From Octopus bimaculoides (lineage: Eukaryota): DNA of 43,641 nt. Below are positions 37,771-43,641 of the stretch, one piece after another. The stretch spans positions 138,620,873 through 138,664,513 of the forward strand of contig NC_068983.1 of assembly GCF_001194135.2 (NCBI RefSeq), written 5' to 3'. Position 1 is the stretch's first letter, and each line of letters starts with the position of its first letter. The notes beneath the pieces are model-generated. The model was not told the DNA's origin. It did not search any database and saw nothing but the letters and a program-made list of their open reading frames with translations. The translations under genes and the position numbers were made by a program.

Positions 37771-38033
37771 TAACAGAATGGCAGGTTTGCTTTATAAGGC
37801 TTCTTTCTTTCATCTATAGAAGGTCCGTCAATTTCCCAAATACATCTACAAACTCTACTCTAACCACTTCTTCTATAGAGGCGTTAGTTATCTGCTGCTG
37901 AGAGCTTATCTTCAACATTCTCATCAATGCCTCACATTCTAAAGTCAGTAAATAGAAGTTACAGTGCTTTCGCTGTAGATTAAAATGCTTCGTTCAATAG
38001 GAGGATAGAAATCCACTATACTTTCAACATTCA
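37770..38033 (-). mobile_element. RTE-clade LINE C-terminal relic
   Basis: The minus strand reads FYPPIERSILIYSES..ECEALMRMLKISSQQQITNASIEEVVR..GKLTDLL*MKERSLIKQTCHSVR, resembling the RTE stretch ILLYGSESW..RRMLRISWQQ(K)ITNEEV..RKL..IK.R.L...GHV.R. Confidence 0.5.
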
Positions 38034-38435
38034 NNNNNNNNNNNNNNNNNNNNNNNNNNNNNNNNNNNNNNNNNNNNNNNNNNNNNNNNNNNNNNNNNNN
38101 NNNNNNNNNNNNNNNNNNNNNNNNNNNNNNNNNNNNNNNNNNNNNNNNNNNNNNNNNNNNNNNNNNNNNNNNNNNNNNNNNNNNNNNNNNNNNNNNNNNN
38201 NNNNNNNNNNNNNNNNNNNNNNNNNNNNNNNNNNNNNNNNNNNNNNNNNNNNNNNNNNNNNNNNNNNNNNNNNNNNNNNNNNNNNNNNNNNNNNNNNNNN
38301 NNNNNNNNNNNNNNNNNNNNNNNNNNNNNNNNNNNNNNNNNNNNNNNNNNNNNNNNNNNNNNNNNNNNNNNNNNNNNNNNNNNNNNNNNNNNNNNNNNNN
38401 NNNNNNNNNNNNNNNNNNNNNNNNNNNNNNNNNNA

Positions 38436-38471
<36 letters not shown>

Positions 38472-40449
38472 TGTATGTATATATATGTATATATACATTG
38501 GGTAATCCCGAATATATATATATTTTTTCGTCAGCCATTTTTTCTCGTGAATTATTTGCTCCGTATTGAAATTATTTTCACACTGATGCCTGCCATGATT
38601 TCAGCGCAAAATGAATTAGTTGTAGCGCAGACTTCAACATGACAGGTTGTGGGGTTTCTATCATGGTAACGCTCGCGCTGAGGAAGCTGAAGCTATTTTG
38701 CCAGTGCAGAAAGCGGTCCACGTGACTCCAAATACTTGACTGTACATCTGGAGATTGTCTTAGCCCGTTTGCCTTCAGACGGTTGATTTTTGTAGTATTT
38801 TGGCGCTTTAAACAGTAGTTTTGACTGTTGTTACTTAGTATATCGTTTGATTAATTTTAAGATATATAAAATATCGGAGTTTTATCATGGCTACCGAATA
38901 AGTGTCACATATTTTTACTGATAAATTCCTCTATTTACTTGATATCGAGGTCTCTCTTTCTTTTATTGTCCTTTCTATCAATATATATATATATATATAT
39001 CTATTACCTACATATATTACCTGCAACAAATCTTAAATAGCGTTTCTCAACGAATATCATTCATTAGATTCCACTAATTGTCTGAAATCACGTCCCTGTT
39101 AGTATTGCCTATATTTAACCAGACCTTATAAATTTATCAAACTGAAGTACAATCAATAACCGAATACAAATGCAGCAGTGCATCGCGTATTAAATAATTG
39201 TTTCAGCCGCATTATCATTTATTCGCATAATTCAAACTAGAAAGTTTTGGGAGTGACTTTAAACGGATCAGTCAACCTATCTCAGGTTGCTTACGGTGTA
39301 ATTATTCACATATATATATGTGTATTCACATATATACATATATACATAAACGTGCACAAGAAGTCACTCCTTTCTTCATTTCAGCAGTGTCGCTTCATAG
39401 GCATTACAAACTGCATATCGATATATAAACCTTTGTGATCATCTGGTGGAGCACATGTTTTAAAGATTGTAGATGTTTATGTGAGAATATTTTTCTCTCA
39501 GGTATCAGGAAAATAACAAACGAACAAACCATAGTTGTGAGAATGAGTCACTGATAGATTTCTGCTGTGGGTACATGTATGAACACGAAGATTCACGAAT
39601 ACAAAATTACAATTAACTTTTGCGTAGTGTGTTTTCAGCATTGACAAAATGTCACAAGAAAAAATATGGGAAATATGTAGATGCATATTCTAGAGTGACC
39701 TGTATAAAAATCTCAATAAATTTGAATATGTTTTTATTAAATCGGGGCAATAGTGATGAATGATGAATGCAATATATAAAAGCAAGTAAGTCTTATATGC
39801 ATTTGGCTGTAAGTGTCACACTTCTTTACAATCGTGAGGAAAATATATATTTATTTTATCACAATATGTAAACTATGAGTTTTTTGAGTGACGATCCTTT
39901 TGCATTATATTATATAAAATTATGGCTCTTATTGCCATGTAAGTATATTCTATTCACATTTATTGAACATTTTGCTAAAATTTCTTGAAAAGTTTTTTTT
40001 TTAATTGAACTTGCGAATTATTACATTCCCTTCTATGCCTTTTAAGCAACACATACAGACATGCATGACAAGTATAAACATAACAGGCCGGATACTGTTG
40101 TTTGGGATAGACAAGAAGATGTGTGTACCATTATACAGGCCAGGTGCTCTGCTAATGTGTATATCTCTTGCAATATCAAAAAAGCAAGAGGATAAATTTG
40201 GACGACTGCTTTGAAATCTTTAGCTGTTATATCCAGATAATAAATTCACATTAATAACAATAATTCACCTAGTTCTGGTGAGTAAGTGCCTAAGTGACAG
40301 TCTAGATAAGCTAGAATTCCCAGAAAAAGAAATCATCCAGCTAATTCGTACATTATAAAAACAATCTGTAAATGGAAAAGTAAAAATATGCAAGCCTTTT
40401 CTCAAGTTTAATTCTTTTAAAATCTGTACTCCAACGTCGGAATTTTGTA

Positions 40450-41600
40450 TCTTTAAGCTTTCTATAGATTTGCAAATGGATCTGCTTCAGAACGGTAAAA
40501 GATGAGGCCACTGTACGAACTCCAGAGGATAAGTGAAATACTGAATGTTCAATATAAAATTGATTTCAAAGCTCCGTTGGGAGACTCGCAAATAACTATG
40601 CTTGATGAGTTTCTTTAGACCACTGATATACACAAAGAGATGGCAATTATTGATAACATCGAAATAAAGGAAAGTTATGTCATGTCCGCCACTGATGAAA
40701 TGAGCTTAAACTCAGCCACAAATCCTAATGGTTTCCCAGAAATCCTCATAAAGAAATGTAAAGAGCTAGTAAGACCGCTACAGATTCTCTTTTAAAGTTT
40801 CCTTATAACTGGAAGACTTCCCAGGATAATAAAGGAAGGCATAATATATCCTATCCATAAAAGAGTAAGCAGGGCAGATGCTAAAAATTATATTTCTGCC
40901 TCTCTAACCACATTATCAGCAAAGTCATGAAACACATTGTCAAGAAGAAGCTGATCACGTTCCTAGAAGATAATGACTTGCTTCCTGACATCCATCATGG
41001 CTTCCGCTCCAGAAGCTACTTTACACAGCTTCTGTAGCATTATGACTGGGTGTTGAAAAAACTAATGAATTGCTCAAATATGGATGTGATATATCAAGAT
41101 TTTGGAAAGGTGTTCGATAAAGTTGCTTATGGAATGTTATATAAAAATCTACGGAGATTCGACATAATCGGAGAAGGGGGCAGAATTCAGGCTGTGGCAG
41201 CCAATGGAGCCATCTCCAAGGAGACAGTAGTAGTAATGAATGGAGTGCCTCGGGGAACTATCTTGGGACTGCTGCTGGTTATGGTGGATCTTTCGGACAT
41301 GTCATTAGGAACACAAATAGCCACACTCACTAGCTACGACGACACAAAATAGTACAAGTAGTCAAGGAACCTACCGATGCTAATCTTCTATAGTAAGGCT
41401 TAGGTCTCACGTATAAATGGGTGAAGAAAACATGATGCAGTGATATACGTTTGGAAGATCGTAGAGGTGTTGGCACAAAACTTTGATATCGAGAGATATA
41501 CCAGTCCCCAGACTGGGCATCAGTGCACTGTTCCAAATATCGCAACCATCCTGTCTAGTGTAAGGACACTATACCACAATAGCTTGGGATTTATTATTCC
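40450..41600 (+). mobile_element. CR1-group LINE reverse transcriptase relic with an internal deletion
   Basis: Translates AFYRFAN..RISEILNVQYK..NSATNPNGFPEILIKKC..EGIIYPIHK..ADAKNY..SKVMKHIV..HHGFRS..DVIYQDFGKVFDKV..NGVPRGTILGLLL..SY-DDTK, then jumps at ~41430 to VIYVWKIVEVLAQNFDIE..VRTLYHNSLGF. Stops and frameshifts throughout. Confidence 0.9.
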
Positions 41601-41685
41601 GTGGCTGGTAAATTGAGATACAGTCATGTACATGGTCGATACTTGCTGTGTGTATGTTAACACTCAAGATATATAATTTGGTCTG

Positions 41686-41787
41686 TTATCATCATTTTTC
41701 ATATCCATTTCATATCCTTATCATTTTTCATATCTTTTTCATATCCCTATCATCATTTTTCATATCCTTTACATATCTTCTTATCAT
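41686..41787. repeat. Minisatellite: three ~30-bp units, each built from two ttttcatatcc-like subunits
   Basis: ttatcatcatttttcatatccatttcatatcc / ttatcatttttcatatctttttcatatcc / ctatcatcatttttcatatcctttacatatc. Confidence 0.8.
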
Positions 41788-42039
41788 AGCTATAACGTGA
41801 CGTGATTCGACGTAATTAGATGTTTTGTTCAATGATATTGTGTGCTTTGATTTTCTACGAAAAGAAATTTTCTTTGTATTTGACGAATATAATTACTTCA
41901 GCTATTATCAAATTTATAATTTTAGACTCCGATTGGTGATCAGTTTGCTGTAAAGTTTCTCTTCGACAAAAACATCGGTCTTTAAATATCGCAATGTTAT
42001 GTCAATTTTTTCGGTTTGAAGATAAGGCTCTCAGAAAGA

Positions 42040-42440
42040 CCAGGTAATTAAAATCAGCGCTCATCTAAAGCTACAGAAGTAATTGGCCTGAAGTTACCAA
42101 CACACTCCAATTCCTACCTATCTACATGTACTGTTTCGTCTCTCTTCTATGGTTGTTTGTTTTTTCCAGAGCTGACCAAAATCGTGCCACCGCCATCTAT
42201 ATATTTCAAAATCTCAAATATTTCCTCGTATCACTATCCACGTTGTGTCAACTTCACCTGAGTCCTCGCACTATATCCGGATTTTCTATCTCACAACATT
42301 GGCCTTCTGGAATTCCCATCACAGCAAGTGTCACTCCTGCAGCAGAGAGCTTGCAAGATTTCAAGTGGAACATAGACCTATTCGATCTCACAAGCCTCGA
42401 ATGGCATGCAAACCCAAATGTCTACAGTCATTCAGCACTC
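42040..42440 (+). mobile_element. L2/CR1-group LINE 3' end relic (a different family from 40450-41600)
   Basis: KATEVIG..TVSSLFY..ELTKIVPPP..HYPRCV / SHYIRIFYLTTLAFWNS / SLQDFKWNIDLFDL matches the recalled motif VSSL.LFY..SELA.LVP..SFFPRT..LWNSLP..L..FK..IN. Confidence 0.65.
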
Positions 42441-43318
42441 TCTCAAAGCTTAGACAATGAAAACTTATAATTTGGGTGCTATGAATAGTTGGCTTTCACG
42501 TCCTCACTTTGATATTTGATACAGGAAAATATATAAAAGTAAAAAGAAGCAATTGTTTGCTTTCTGTTTTTATACGAAAATATATTTTGCATTATTGTCA
42601 CTTCTTTTTTAACTTCTTTATTGTGGCTTCAGATAAGAATTGTTTTTGTTTTTATGTCAGGCGAAGTATCTTTTCAATTAAAACGGCAAATAATATTCCT
42701 GGTTTTGTGCATTAATGTCATTCTTTGTCAGTACCTTGTTACTCGCATGTCTAAAATTTCTCAAACAGAATCAAATTTGACTAATTTATGTTTCTAAAAT
42801 ATCATCCAAAAATTTGTAGAGACTGGACACAGTAATCAAATTAGAAACGTCTCACCAATGTTCCTTCAAACACACAAACCGGTCATGCACTGCTTTATTT
42901 TAAGGCAATGGCCAATTAAAATCCAATGCGGTTGAAATAGAGAAGTGAAAAAGTGAACACAACAATTGTCAAATATGATTATTGAATGAGTATAATTTCT
43001 GCAGCATTATTCTGATACATCCATTAAGTTTCCGTCGATTATGCAGAAATTCGTTTAAGCAGCATCATCGTTCTGTCGAGCACAAACAACAATTCACCAT
43101 GGAAACATTGCAATTCTCAATTATATTGTGTCATATCACTTGTAGTTATTGAAATTGAAATGAGTATGTGATATCAGCTGTTTTCTTAAAGGTTTTAGCC
43201 ACGCTACGAACTAAAGCCCCAAATCCCAGCTGCCATAATTTAATAACGCAATGATAACCATGACTTACATTTTCAGTTTCATTTGTAGTTGACCTTTTTC
43301 TTGTTACTTTTGATGTAG

Positions 43319-43641
43319 TATTATTATTATTATTATTAGTGTTCAGTAGTTTTATTTTTATAACGTGCTTTCACTTCCCTACCGAGCGCAGCTCTGTGCG
43401 CTTTGGGTATGTGCTGTGGTTTGCTGTGGTGCTCTTATGTTTACTGTATTGAAAGTGTTTTGCGTAGAATGTGTGCAGTGCCCAGTAGTACAATTTTCTG
43501 TATGTTATATATATTTGTAAGTCCTGGTGTTTTTGTTATGTATTTGTCTGAATATTTTTTATTATACCTAAGGCACCTACTATGATAGGAATTGTTTCTG
43601 TTTTTAGATTCCACATTCGAGTTAACTCTATTTCCAGGTCT
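43319..43641 (-). mobile_element. Young Dong/R4-type LINE 3' end with (TAA)n tail; continues past the window edge
   Basis: The minus strand reads DLEIELTRMWNLKTETIPIIVGALGII/KKYSDKYITKTPGLTNIYNIQKIVLLGTAHILRKTLSIQ* with one missing A in the run at 43555-43560. The stop is at 43441-43443, followed by a ~100-nt 3' UTR and (TAA)6 at 43319-43338. Confidence 0.9.

Noticed and set aside
38642-38740. Frame reading WGFYHGNARAEEAEAIL, similar to the start of an SH2 domain
   Set aside because: The conserved Arg is out of register, no FLVR motif follows, the frame stops soon after, and the splice signals are poor.

Overview
AT-rich, microsatellite-dense eukaryotic DNA from a gapped short-read assembly (nine N-runs, most abutting (TA)n). 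The repeat families match what I recall from octopus genomes, so a coleoid cephalopod, probably Octopus, is inferred but not verified. I find no confidently supported host protein-coding gene, RNA gene or CRISPR array, so the window reads as a large intron or intergenic tract. Its interpretable content is almost all transposon-derived. It contains at least four tRNA-headed SINE families; three restriction-like-endonuclease (R2-superclade) LINE relics (old R4/Dong-like at 6.5-8.8 kb, HERO-like at 24.4-25.2 kb, young Dong-like at the right edge); CR1/L2-group and RTE relics; a deleted mariner with both TIRs; a tandem dimer of a Helentron/DINE-like non-autonomous element; and a ~670-bp fold-back palindrome. 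Most ORFs in the supplied track are artefacts of microsatellites, N-gaps or SINEs. I did not find evidence for a genuinely new biological system. The best leads are the fold-back element, the Helentron-like dimer, a visible LINE-SINE shared 3' tail and a weak candidate minus-strand exon at 12.3-12.4 kb. All family assignments come from hand translation and remembered consensus motifs, not database searches.
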